Source: Candidatus Latescibacterota bacterium
Lineage (GTDB): Bacteria > Latescibacterota > CBDEFO01
Reading direction: 5' to 3'
Length of the DNA stretch: 64,000 nt
Assembly (NCBI GenBank): GCA_965248755.1
Contig: OZ252149.1
Coordinates: forward strand, 3,680,001 to 3,744,000
Positions 10,433 to 20,098 of this stretch are shown here, in pieces (positions within the stretch are counted from its first letter, which is position 1; every line of letters begins with the position of its first letter). Below the pieces are notes generated by a model, which searched no databases, was not told the origin of the DNA, and saw only the letters and a program-made list of their open reading frames with translations. Position numbers and translations under genes: made by a program.

Positions 10433-10533
10433 TGGATACTCCCGCTCAATCCCCTTGATCTGGCGGAAATCTGCCCTCTGCCAAAACCAATCTAAGTTAA
10501 CCCAGATACACCATGGTCCTCAAATAATAGCCC

Positions 10534-12093
10534 CTACCGCATGAAATCCGCGACCCGTTCTCCGATGACCATAGAAGTCACGTTGGTGTTGGCGCGGACG
10601 CAGTCGGGCATGATCGAAGCGTCGGCTACCCGCAGCCCCTCGACGCCGTAGACTTTACCGTACTGATCGACCACCGTCATCGGGTCTGAGCCCGGCCCCA
10701 TCTTGCAGGTCGATGAGACGTGGTGACTGGTTCCGACCTTTCGCATCATCCACTCGTTCAGTGCTTCGTCCGTCTCCAGATCGGCATCCGTCGGCCCGAT
10801 GCGTTCGGCGATGAGTTCTTTGAACGCCTCGTGTTCGATTAAACCGATTATTATGCGCACAGCCTCGCGCAGTCGCTCGCGGTCAAAGGACTCCGACAGG
10901 TAGTTGTAGTCCAGCGCGGGTTGTCGGTGCGGGTCGGAAGAGGTGAGCTTGATTTCGCCCGCGCCAACAGCAAGGTAGATACAGGCCCAGATGTAAAATC
11001 CCAGAGGCTTGGAGTCAGATGCGACCGTATACCCCTCCTCGGTGGCAAAAGAGCCCGGCAGGATAAACATATCATTGCGCAGGTCGGAACCCCGCGCCGT
11101 GTAGCGAAGCCCAACCTGCAACCGGGGCTCTGTGCCATCGGGCAGAAGAGCTTCCTTTACCCTTAAGGTCACGGGCAGTTGCGGATGGTCTCTCAGGTTC
11201 TGCCCGACGCCCGCCAAGTCGTGCACCACGGAGATTCCCACCTCTTTGAGATGATTGGCCGGCCCGATACCCGAAAGCATGAGAATATGCGGCGAGCCGA
11301 TGGCGCCCCCGCACAGAATGAGCTCCTCGCCGTAGACATTGAACATCTCGCCGCCGCTCTCCACCTCGACGCCAATCGCCTGGCGGCCTTCAAAGAGCAC
11401 GCGGTGTACCAGGCATTCCGCTTTGATGGTGAGGTTCAGGCGGTGGCGCGCCTGGCTCAGGTAACCGATCGCTGTGCTCCAGCGGATGCCGTCTGCATTA
11501 TTGAGCGCCAGCGGACCGCCCCCCGTAGAGTCGGGGGCGTTGTGGTCGGGACAAGCCTGATAGCCGGCGGCCCGACAGGCGTCGTAGAAGGCTCGGTGTT
11601 CGGGATTCAACGCCTCGTATTTGAAACGCCGAACGCGGATGGGACCGGCGTCGCCGTGGAAGGAATCGCGAAAGTCGGGGTCGGCTTCGTTTTTGCAAAA
11701 GTAAGGGAGTAGCTCCTGGAAGCTCCACTTGTCGTTGCCCAGCTTGGCCCAGGTATCGTAGTCTTCGGGGACCCCGCGGAGAAAGACCTGCGCATTCACG
11801 GCGCTTGAGCCGCCAACGATTTTCCCCCGGGGCACGAACATGTCGGGGATTTTGTCGGTAGCCCTGGCCGTATAGCCCCAGCCGAATTTCGTGTAGTGAC
11901 CGAAGGCCCGCGCCCAAATGTTGCGGTCTTTGCCGTAGGCAAACTTGATTTCCTCGGGGAGTTGCTCGAACTGCGGGAAGTCGGGCCCCGCATCCAACAA
12001 TAGCACCGACTTACCCGGGTCCTCGGTGAGACGGGTGGCGAGTACGGCTCCGGCAGAGCCTGCCCCTACAATTATTACGTCGTATTTCATCAC
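10534..12093 (-). CDS. GMC-family FAD oxidoreductase (choline dehydrogenase-like)
   Basis: IIVGAGSAG, RGKIVGGSSAVN, VGQNLRDH, GLRVADASIMP. Confidence 0.9.
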   Translation of the reverse strand: MMKYDVIIVGAGSAGAVLATRLTEDPGKSVLLLDAGPDFPQFEQLPEEIKFAYGKDRNIWARAFGHYTKFGWGYTARATDKIPDMFVPRGKIVGGSSAVNAQVFLRGVPEDYDTWAKLGNDKWSFQELLPYFCKNEADPDFRDSFHGDAGPIRVRRFKYEALNPEHRAFYDACRAAGYQACPDHNAPDSTGGGPLALNNADGIRWSTAIGYLSQARHRLNLTIKAECLVHRVLFEGRQAIGVEVESGGEMFNVYGEELILCGGAIGSPHILMLSGIGPANHLKEVGISVVHDLAGVGQNLRDHPQLPVTLRVKEALLPDGTEPRLQVGLRYTARGSDLRNDMFILPGSFATEEGYTVASDSKPLGFYIWACIYLAVGAGEIKLTSSDPHRQPALDYNYLSESFDRERLREAVRIIIGLIEHEAFKELIAERIGPTDADLETDEALNEWMMRKVGTSHHVSSTCKMGPGSDPMTVVDQYGKVYGVEGLRVADASIMPDCVRANTNVTSMVIGERVADFMR

Positions 12094-12242
12094 TATTTGA
12101 CCTCCGCAGCAGGGCCCGCAATACCTTCTCAGCTACACCGCCGCCTTTTACCATTTGCGGTGAGGCTCATATCTTCATTGCCCGATTTAGCGGGTCCGCT
12201 GGATCGCCTAGTTGGACTTACTGCTATCCACTACCGCGCTCT

Positions 12243-12482
12243 TCAAAGTCTGAATAGTAGAATTATTAACAGGGCAGATGCCAGGCTCGCAAAGGCCGCC
12301 CTGATTAAGTTGCATAGGTTCCAACGCGGTTCGAAGTCTTTACGAGCCGCGTTTTGCGTTGTTTCATTCATAGCGTCGACATCCAGAGTTTCTAGTTTCT
12401 TATTCAGCGGTATGTTAATAGTGACGGTCCGCCATGACCCGCTCGACAGCCGTCTCCATGGCGTTTGCCACGCGCAGGCCAT
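12243..12482 (-). pseudogene. C-terminal fragment of a DUF1772/anthrone oxygenase-like membrane protein (cassette remnant)
   Basis: TVTINIPLNKKL...ARKDFEPRWNLCNLIR; N-terminal helices missing. Confidence 0.6.
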
Positions 12483-12484
12483 TC

Positions 12485-12506
12485 GCCCAACGACCCGCCG
12501 TTATGC
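12485..12506 (-). other. Collapsed attC remnant
   Basis: GCATAAC (contains the upstream gene's stop) - 8 bp - GTTGGGC. Confidence 0.45.
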
Positions 12507-13076
12507 GTTATCATGTTTCTTGAGCTTACACTCAAATAGGTTGCGTTCCTCTTTGACAATCGCCCAACAGTCACTCCTCAATATCTTCTCCCTCGCGTCG
12601 TTAAACGGTTGGTGACCACACTCGACAAAGAGCGTGCCATTGGGCTTGAGTAAGCGGCGCAATTCTCTGAGAAACGGCTCGACGTCTTTCACATGATGGA
12701 ACATATCCAAAGCATAGATAACGTCCGCCGATTGACTCTTGATGTCGACCGGGTAGCCTGTTGAAAAGACTGGAATCACATTGTTGAGGCTCTTCTTTCG
12801 CACCTTTGCCTTGACTGACTTGATCGCCAATGGGTGAACATCTACAGCGTAGACTTTACCTGCGTCACTGACTGCTCTAGAGGCCCGTTCAATATAGCTT
12901 CCTGGCCCACACCCAAAATCTACAACAACAGAACCATTTTCGATGCCGAAACTATCTACCTGTTCACTTACAGGGGCAAAAACATCTCGAATTGAAAGGA
13001 AGAAAGACATCACACGAAATAGGATATTCGGGATGTTTTCCGTTTCGTATCCAAATATTGTTCTTAACAATCTCAT
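12501..13076 (-). CDS. Class I SAM-dependent methyltransferase (gene cassette)
   Basis: VVDFGCGPG, VYAVDV, ADVIY motifs; flanked by attC-like core sites. Confidence 0.85.
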   Translation of the reverse strand: MRLLRTIFGYETENIPNILFRVMSFFLSIRDVFAPVSEQVDSFGIENGSVVVDFGCGPGSYIERASRAVSDAGKVYAVDVHPLAIKSVKAKVRKKSLNNVIPVFSTGYPVDIKSQSADVIYALDMFHHVKDVEPFLRELRRLLKPNGTLFVECGHQPFNDAREKILRSDCWAIVKEERNLFECKLKKHDNA

Positions 13077-13102
13077 GCTGATTTTCGTTTCATTACCTAA
13101 GC

Positions 13103-13174
13103 GCCTAACGACCAAGCTCACCTGCCCCTATGAAGCGCAGCGGAATAGCGGTCGGGTTCAGCGCTTTGTTAGGT
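13103..13174 (-). other. Integron attC recombination site (72 bp)
   Basis: ACCTAAC-AAAGCGCTGAACCCGACCGCTATTCCGCTGCGCTTCATAGGGGCAGGTGAGCTTGGTC-GTTAGGC; RYYYAAC/GTTRRRY ends, imperfect hairpin, upstream stop inside the inverse core. Confidence 0.85.
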
Positions 13175-14146
13175 TTTGTTATTATGTTCCAAAGTTATGA
13201 CTACATTTCCCTTTTTGTGTCCTTTTTCGACATACCTGTGAGCCTCGGCAGTCTGTTCCAGCGGATAGCTTCTATCTATGACCGATTTTATCTTTCCCGC
13301 CTCAATAAGCTCTCTGAGGAAAACTAAATCCCCTCTCTCGCTTGCTATCCCCCATATTAGTTTCTTGCTGCTTGTCATTGAAGTCCATAGTGCTTGAAGA
13401 AGAGGCCAATCAACTGTAAGATAGATCCCTTTTTGCTTTAGCGAGCTTTTACAACGTGAAAACGAAGTCTTCATTACCGTGTCGAAAATGATATCGTAGG
13501 TCTGGCCGCTCTTGGTAAAATCCTCTTTGGTGTAATCAATGACCATATCGGCACCAAGAGATTTCACCATTTCTATATTTGTGGTACTGCATACCCCGGT
13601 CACTTCCGCCCCAAAGTACCTGGCAAGCTGTACTGCGAATGTACCTACACTTCCAGAAGCGCCAAAGATAAGAACTTTCTGTCCGCTCTGAATATCTCCT
13701 TTTCTAAGAAAATGCAATGCTGTCAGTCCCCCAATGGGAACGGCGGCGGCTTCCTCATAGGTCGTATTGGCCGGTTTTATTGCCGCCCCGTCTTCAGGCA
13801 GACATTTGTACTCGGCATTCCCACCACCAAAAGCTACCGTCCACATAATTCCAAAAACTTGGTTACCTTTCCTAAATAGTGTTACGTCTTTGCCTACTGA
13901 TTCAATTTCGCCGGCTAGCTCATTCCCTGGTATAGGTTTTCTTGGTGTTCTAAGACCAAACATTATTCGCGAGGGGAGCCAGAACCAGGGAGCCCATGTG
14001 GAACTTCGAAGCCTCACGTCCCCTGATGTTACTGTGGTTGCATGTATTCTTATCAGTACTTCATTGTCCTTCGGAGTAGGTTTTTCTACCTCTTTGAGCT
14101 GAAGAACATCCGGTGGTCCGTATTTTGTGGCTACAATCGCTTTCAT
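13169..14146 (-). CDS. NAD(P)-dependent MDR/quinone-oxidoreductase-like protein (gene cassette)
   Basis: [37 protein letters not shown]; preceded by core site GTTAAGT at 14228-14222. Confidence 0.9.
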   Translation of the reverse strand: MKAIVATKYGPPDVLQLKEVEKPTPKDNEVLIRIHATTVTSGDVRLRSSTWAPWFWLPSRIMFGLRTPRKPIPGNELAGEIESVGKDVTLFRKGNQVFGIMWTVAFGGGNAEYKCLPEDGAAIKPANTTYEEAAAVPIGGLTALHFLRKGDIQSGQKVLIFGASGSVGTFAVQLARYFGAEVTGVCSTTNIEMVKSLGADMVIDYTKEDFTKSGQTYDIIFDTVMKTSFSRCKSSLKQKGIYLTVDWPLLQALWTSMTSSKKLIWGIASERGDLVFLRELIEAGKIKSVIDRSYPLEQTAEAHRYVEKGHKKGNVVITLEHNNKT

Positions 14147-14422
14147 GAGTCTCCTTCAAGATTGCTTTGATTCGGACATTTTTAATATAGTTCACTACAA
14201 TCTATCCTATAAGTTTGCAAAACTTAACATGAATTATGCGGGTCAGTATAATTCCCAAACATAGCTCATGCTCGCAGGATATCACCCCACGGTTTCATCT
14301 TGTTTGTGAGCACAACCCCTGTATCCAATGGACTTATGTGGAAGATCTGACAAAGTACCTCTGGGTTGATCAGTGCGACTGCTGCAGTATAGCAAAGCGC
14401 TGCTCTTCACTCTATGATGACC

Positions 14423-15190
14423 TCACATAGCCGACTCTCCGCCGTCCACAAACAGGCATGTTCCGGTGACGAACGACGCGTCGTCAGAAGCCAGGAACAG
14501 GACACCCGCGGCAATCTCTCGTGGTGTCCCCGGCCGCTTGAGCATGAGGGGCCGTCCAAATTCTTCCTTGAATACCTCGTGGGCTTTGCCGGCATCAGCG
14601 GCACGTTGCTCGTGAAAGGTGGTAAAGGTCGGTCCCGGACACAGTGCATTGGCCCGGATGCCATCCGCGGCATGAGCTCGGGCCAGGCCACGCGTCAAGC
14701 CGGTGACCGCTGCCTTTGTGGTATCGTACTGTACCGTGTTGTCGCCCGCTATAACTGCATTGTTAGAGGCTATGTTGACAATGCTCCCGTTTCCCGTACG
14801 ACGCAGGGCCGGAATGGCGGCTTTGGCGCAGAAGGCATAGCCTTTGACGTTCACCCCCAAAATGGTGTCCCAGCTCTCCTCGCTGGCTTCGGTCACGCTT
14901 TGGTAGAGACGGATGGCGGCATTATTCACCAGAATATTGAGCTGACCAAAGTGTTCTACTGTACGCCGGATAAAGGCCATAGCCTCGGCTTCGCGCTCCA
15001 CGTGGGTCTCCACAAATAGCACTTCTCCCCCACTCGCCTTGATCTCTTCCGCAACGCCGGCGCCGCGAGCGCTATCGCGATCGGCAAAGGACACCATTGC
15101 GCCCTCTTCCACGAAGAGCCGTACCGTGGCTTCGCCAATGCCCGATGCACCCCCGGTTACCGCCGCTACCTTGCCATGAAGCCTTCCCAT
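14423..15190 (-). CDS. Short-chain dehydrogenase/reductase
   Basis: TGGASGIG, LVNNAA, YDTTK, VDGG. Confidence 0.92.
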   Translation of the reverse strand: MGRLHGKVAAVTGGASGIGEATVRLFVEEGAMVSFADRDSARGAGVAEEIKASGGEVLFVETHVEREAEAMAFIRRTVEHFGQLNILVNNAAIRLYQSVTEASEESWDTILGVNVKGYAFCAKAAIPALRRTGNGSIVNIASNNAVIAGDNTVQYDTTKAAVTGLTRGLARAHAADGIRANALCPGPTFTTFHEQRAADAGKAHEVFKEEFGRPLMLKRPGTPREIAAGVLFLASDDASFVTGTCLFVDGGESAM

Positions 15191-15231
15191 CTGTCACCTC
15201 CCTGAAGGGGCGCACGCCCCCGCCCGATCCA

Positions 15232-15600
15232 TCAGCGTTGGGCGTCCTTGGACGGGACTTCCGCCGGCATACAGATCTCGATAACTTCGAAATCGTCGGA
15301 GTATTCCAGGACTTCGTGTTTGATGTTGGGCTCCTGGAGCCAACTGTCGCCGGCCTCGAAGCGGACCTCACCAGCGTCTTCGAATTCGACCCGAGTCCAG
15401 CCGTTCAGCACATAGTTCATCTGGAACTCAACATCGTGGGTGTGATAGCCACCGGGACCGCTGCAAGGTTCCTTGGCACGGATGACGTGCGCGAGGACCT
15501 TGCCCCTGGTGGCCTTTACGATGCCGAGATCCCGGTACTCAAAGTAGGTCCGGATACCGGTCTTCCAATCTGCGGACTTGCTAAACGACATATTAGTCAT
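15232..15600 (-). CDS. Cupin-domain protein
   Basis: [16 protein letters not shown]...[12 protein letters not shown]. Confidence 0.85.
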   Translation of the reverse strand: MTNMSFSKSADWKTGIRTYFEYRDLGIVKATRGKVLAHVIRAKEPCSGPGGYHTHDVEFQMNYVLNGWTRVEFEDAGEVRFEAGDSWLQEPNIKHEVLEYSDDFEVIEICMPAEVPSKDAQR

Positions 15601-15639
15601 AGTGACTTATCCTCCTGGCTTGGAATCGATTGATCTGGG

Positions 15640-15960
15640 ATTTCCCAGATGGCCCTTGCCCGAAGACCATCTCGGGCGGACGAACACCCAAGCGGCCCTT
15701 GTTGATAACATGTGTGTAGATTATCGTGGTTTTGAGGTCTTTCTGTTCCAGAAGTTCCTGTACAGTCCTGATGTCGTAGCCATCCTCCAGCAGATGTGTC
15801 GCAAATCAATCTCGAAAGGTGTGGCAGGAGGCTTGCTTTGCCGCAGGAGGCTCGCTTTGCCAGTCCAGCGCGGCGAACAGCTTCCTTCACGGCTCTTTGA
15901 ACGACGGATTCGTGGAGGTGGTGCCGCCTCCTGTGTCCGGTGGCCTTATGGAAATAGGTG
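15640..15960 (-). pseudogene. intI: Integron integrase C-terminal fragment
   Basis: RRRHHLHESVVQRAVKEAVRRAGLAKRASC, then after a 19-bp tandem duplication (15824-15861) [42 protein letters not shown]. Confidence 0.85.
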
Positions 15961-16025
15961 CAGGTGGCGAGTACGGCTCCGGCAGAGCCTGCCCCTACGA
16001 TGATTGCGTCGTATTTCACTGCCAT
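15961..16025 (-). pseudogene. Duplicated N-terminus of the GMC oxidoreductase, fused in frame to the intI fragment
   Basis: MAVKYDAIIVGAGSAGAVLAT; DNA nearly identical to about 12034-12089. Confidence 0.75.
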
Positions 16026-16113
16026 TGTACCTCCTCAACAGGGCTCGCGAGCAGAAGGGAGCTTGCAGCGGAAATAATCAAATTGGACTCGTTTATCCGT
16101 CAGGCTCTACTTT

Positions 16114-16896
16114 CTAACCCTCAAACAACGATGGGAAGTGGCCATATGCATCAGCAGGCTCACGGAAAAGAATCTTCTGACGGGGTGTCAGTTCCACATT
16201 CACCGGTGGTCGAACGCGCTTTGAAGTCCAAGCCATGTGGGATACACAATATTTATACAATAGAGTCCGGCGTTCGTGCCTGCCCTGCCAGGCGGCCGTT
16301 CCATGCGTCAGCGCCTCGGTAAATAGAATCACTGAACCGGCCGGCGCACTTGGAATGACCACACACGATGCCTTTTCGCGGGCCTCATCTATCTGTTGCG
16401 GCAACTTAAAATTACTTTTGTGGCTGCCGGGAATACAACAAAAACCACCCAAGTCTGGCCCTGAGTCCGACATATTCCATGCCACGACAACGAACCCATT
16501 GTAAATCTGGTTATCGCGGAAGGGATAGTATTCCCCCGGCCGAGCGCCGGAGGTTGGGACAGTGGCACCGTAGTCGGCATGCAGGTGCCCGTTTGGCATC
16601 CCCTCATGCATATACATCCCGTAAATCCGATCCAGGCGAAAGCAGTCGCCCAACCGAAATTGCATGATCGGCATAATCTGAGGATGATCCAGTAACTCAC
16701 AAAAGGGGGCGCCCCATTCGAGAAAACCCGATCCCTCTGGTGCACTCCCAAATCTTTGTGTCTGCCCTGGTGCGGGTAGTTCTTGTTCGTCCAGTAGCTG
16801 GTTGAATGTTACGATTTGTTCTGGACTCAAAATATCTTCAATCACCAGGTAGCCTTGCACATCAAAGAGGTACTGCTGCATTTGAAGATCACTCAT
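16114..16896 (-). CDS. Phytanoyl-CoA dioxygenase-family 2OG-Fe(II) oxygenase
   Basis: FDVQGYLVI, HxD (LHAD), IPGSHK, EALTHG. Confidence 0.85.
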   Translation of the reverse strand: MSDLQMQQYLFDVQGYLVIEDILSPEQIVTFNQLLDEQELPAPGQTQRFGSAPEGSGFLEWGAPFCELLDHPQIMPIMQFRLGDCFRLDRIYGMYMHEGMPNGHLHADYGATVPTSGARPGEYYPFRDNQIYNGFVVVAWNMSDSGPDLGGFCCIPGSHKSNFKLPQQIDEAREKASCVVIPSAPAGSVILFTEALTHGTAAWQGRHERRTLLYKYCVSHMAWTSKRVRPPVNVELTPRQKILFREPADAYGHFPSLFEG

Positions 16897-16950
16897 GATG
16901 CTGCCCTTCTGTTGCCCCCTGAGTTTCAAACAGCTTCAAGAGAGGTTATT

Positions 16951-18221
16951 CCGACATTCCCCATATCACATTCATGAGGGATTGTATTTCGATACAATCT
17001 TGTTTGTGAATGAATATTACCACTTTTACATTTTTCAACAAGTATTTTTTTCAATTAATTATAGTATTTTCCTCTGAATTATCACTTTCTTTGTGTTTAA
17101 ATCCTCCAAATCGGAGACACCTCTCCATCGACTCACAAAAAAATGTGGCAGTTTAAACAGAGTAATATCGCAATCGTTCAATCCGGGATAATATTTCGGT
17201 AAATAAGCTCTTGTCTATCCCAACCTCAGCCATCTGAAACGTGATGTATCTGCTGTGCCTGACAAGCTTCGCGCCAATCTTGATCAATGTCACGAGGAGG
17301 CTGCCAAGAGACCCCGGGATAATATCAGTGTTTGATTCTCCCTGGAAGAACCAACCGCCTTAGCCCGATTAATTCATAAACTTGCTGGAGTTATTGCGAG
17401 GAGCAAAGCGGTCCCCGATTGAGTCTATCGGGGAAGCAATCTCAAGGTTTTATAGTGGTCTCCTATGAGAGTCGGAGAGTATTACATCTACCACAAGTAA
17501 CCCCCGATTAAATCTATCGGGGGGATTGCTTCGCCTTCGGCTTGCAATGACACCGAAGGTGGTTAAACGGCATAACTATAATATAATACAATCCCTTAAT
17601 TAATACACGGACTTTTTTTGTGAATTATTCGCCTCAGAAAGTTTCCAAGATTATAGGCCAGAAGAAATAACCAGAGCCTCACCTGATCCCTTTCTGAACC
17701 CACATAGCATTGATATCTGTCAGGTGATATCTGACAGGCTGTTGAGATTTTCCAACTGAGTCAGTATCTCCGTTTCAAAACGTCCTATCGTGTTGGCGCT
17801 GGCGGCGTGCTTGCCTTTGCCCTTCTTTCCGGTAATCGCTCGCATTACTGGGTCAACTGGTAAAGGATGAGCATTATTCACAGCTTCATATCCTGCAAGA
17901 CGACTGTAAATCGATTGACGCATCAGTGTGGGCATATCATGTTGGATATTAAGTCCTCTTCGTAGATCGTTAAAAAGACTAGATACTGAGTCGAATAATC
18001 CTAAAACGTCATCGAGGTCACGATACGCAAGAAGACCACCATCAGATGTCACCTTGGCACGATCAAATTCAAGCTTAATAGTTCCATCAAATCCCATATT
18101 CATCCTTTCACCCTCTGGATGATCAATACTTATCCGCCATTTCCGAGTCTTATTTATTGTAATCTAACATGTTCTGGTGACTTTGACAACCGTTTTTCGG
18201 GTCTAATATGAGGAATGGTGG
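16951..18221 (-). mobile_element. Degenerate IS1380-family element (internal deletions plus repeat-rich insert)
   Basis: Both ends homologous to the intact copies; partial transposase 17720-18103; no exact target duplication seen. Confidence 0.85.
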
Positions 18222-18349
18222 GTTAAGCAAGATTGAAGATAGGTGCAAGAAAAAAAATTGCATTTAGTCTCCTATGTAAGTATATTATCGACTCAGATAA
18301 ATCGGATTTTATCATGATGTTACACCAGTCAATTTCAAGGAGGTTAGAT

Positions 18350-18934
18350 ATGAAATTGATAAAAGCATCCTTGGTTTCAGTTCTATTCTTGTCGGGAATA
18401 GCAACTGATAGTTGGGCAAGGATGGGACCGGAGTTCTATGTCAGGTTCAGCGAGAAGTTAGATCTTTCAGATGATCAGTTGAAAAAGATAGAGTCCATCG
18501 GGGCAGCGGCAAGGAAAGAGGCTATAAAGAAAGAGGCGGCTCTGGAGATAGCCCGCGTGGAGCTGGATGAGCTGCTCCATCAGGACGACGTGGACCTATC
18601 CAGGGTCAAGGCCAAGCTTTCTGAGATAGCATCTCTGAGGGCCGAGATTGAGTTCAATTTTATCAAGACCTCAAAGGAGATCGAAAAGGCCTTAACGGAT
18701 GACCAGAGGAGAAGAGCCAGGGATATTTGGAGGGAAGTGGAGCATAGAGAAAGAGGGATGGAAGATGAAGGATGGGAGATAATGAAGAATATGGAAAGAA
18801 GAAAGATGGAATTAGAGGAAAGGATTGAAATGATAGCCAGAAGGGCAATGGAGAGGTTGGAGGAGACGTATCGAAGGTTGAAGGAGAATCTGGAGGATAT
18901 TGGCAAAGAAAAGATGATGCAGGAAAAGATATAG
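18350..18934 (+). CDS. Spy/CpxP-like periplasmic helical protein
   Basis: Signal peptide, LDLSDDQ and LTDDQ (LTxxQ) motifs; AGGAGG RBS. Confidence 0.75.
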   Translation: MKLIKASLVSVLFLSGIATDSWARMGPEFYVRFSEKLDLSDDQLKKIESIGAAARKEAIKKEAALEIARVELDELLHQDDVDLSRVKAKLSEIASLRAEIEFNFIKTSKEIEKALTDDQRRRARDIWREVEHRERGMEDEGWEIMKNMERRKMELEERIEMIARRAMERLEETYRRLKENLEDIGKEKMMQEKI

Positions 18935-18961
18935 GGAAAATAGACGACACTCAATAAGGAG

Positions 18962-20093
18962 ATGGATATGTACTGGAAGGAGAACGAGTCCACGGAAGTT
19001 GTGGATGTACAGGCCATTCACGGCGGCGACGGCGCCATCAAGACGCGGGGGTTCTTTGAGGGAATAAGCCAGCTTCCGATCAACTTTCAGGTTTGGGAGC
19101 TGGACCCGGGCGTCAGCCACGGGTGCCACACCCACGAGTGCGAGGGTTCGCTGGAGGAGATCTATTATTTCCTGGAGGGCAGGGGGACTATGTGGGTCGA
19201 AGGCCAGGATTTCCCTGTTGCCGCCGGAGACTCGGTGCTGGTGCCTCCCGGCGCCGGCCTCGCGCGGGAAGCAGGCCGCCTGCCAAAGCCCGTTCGCCCG
19301 ACATTCACAAGAGTGGGATTCCTTCAATGAATTCCGCCGGAAGGGCCGATTTGTTGGTGCCCGCCGGTGCTGTTCGCCTGATCGGGCTGGCCGGTGGCGC
19401 GGAGATCACACCGGAAAACGCGCGGTTCTTCGCGGCCCCCCTGCCCGCGGTGCTGCACATTCTCAGCGCCAGCGTCTACTGCGTTCTGGGTGCTTTCCAA
19501 TTCTCCCCCGGCATACGCCGCCGGAGACCCGGCTGGCACCGCGGTGCTGGACGGCTGCTGGTTCCCCTCGGACTTGTCGCCGCACTTTCGGGTCTGTGGC
19601 TGACCCAGTTCTATCCCCCTGTAGACCACGACGGCCCGCTTCTTTATGTCATCCGGATGGTGGTGGGCTCGGCGATGGTCTTGTTCATCTGCCTCGGTTT
19701 TGCCGCCATCCGCCGTCGGGACATCACCCGGCACCGCGGCTGGATGATGCGTGGCTATGCGATGGGCCTCGGGGCCGGCACACAGGTGCTGACCCATCTG
19801 CCCTACTTCCTGTTCGAAGGCATACAGGGTGAGCTTAGCAGGGCGCTGGTCATGGGGGCCGGCTGGGAGATAAACCTCGCCGTGGCCGAACGGATCATCC
19901 GGAGGCGACCGCCCCTTCCGACGCGGTCCCCCGCGACCGTCTGACAGGAAAAGGTTTCCGGCAGTTCGGCCAGGATCGCCCCGTTGCCGCCGGAGACTCG
20001 GTGCTGGTGCCTCCCGGTGCCGATCACGGATTTCGCAACTCGGGAGACAAGCCCCTTAAACTGGTGATAATCTGGGGTAAGCCTCAGGACTGA
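18962..20093 (+). pseudogene. Cupin gene split by a DUF2306-containing insertion
   Basis: 5' part ...HTHECEGSLEEIYYFLEG...VAAGDSVLVPPG; 3' part ADHGFRNSGDKPLKLVIIWGKPQD* follows a 40-bp direct repeat. Confidence 0.8.
19327..19944 (+). CDS. DUF2306 membrane protein (first helix may be deleted)
   Basis: ENARFFAAPLP, WHRGAGR, HRGWMMRGYA motifs; GC-rich. Confidence 0.7.
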   Translation: MNSAGRADLLVPAGAVRLIGLAGGAEITPENARFFAAPLPAVLHILSASVYCVLGAFQFSPGIRRRRPGWHRGAGRLLVPLGLVAALSGLWLTQFYPPVDHDGPLLYVIRMVVGSAMVLFICLGFAAIRRRDITRHRGWMMRGYAMGLGAGTQVLTHLPYFLFEGIQGELSRALVMGAGWEINLAVAERIIRRRPPLPTRSPATV

Positions 20094-20098
20094 ATCGT

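Noticed and set aside
7576..17000. tRNA-targeted genomic island or prophage
   Set aside because: The accessory genes lie on the 5' side of the tRNA, no duplicated tRNA 3' end was seen and no intact integrase is present
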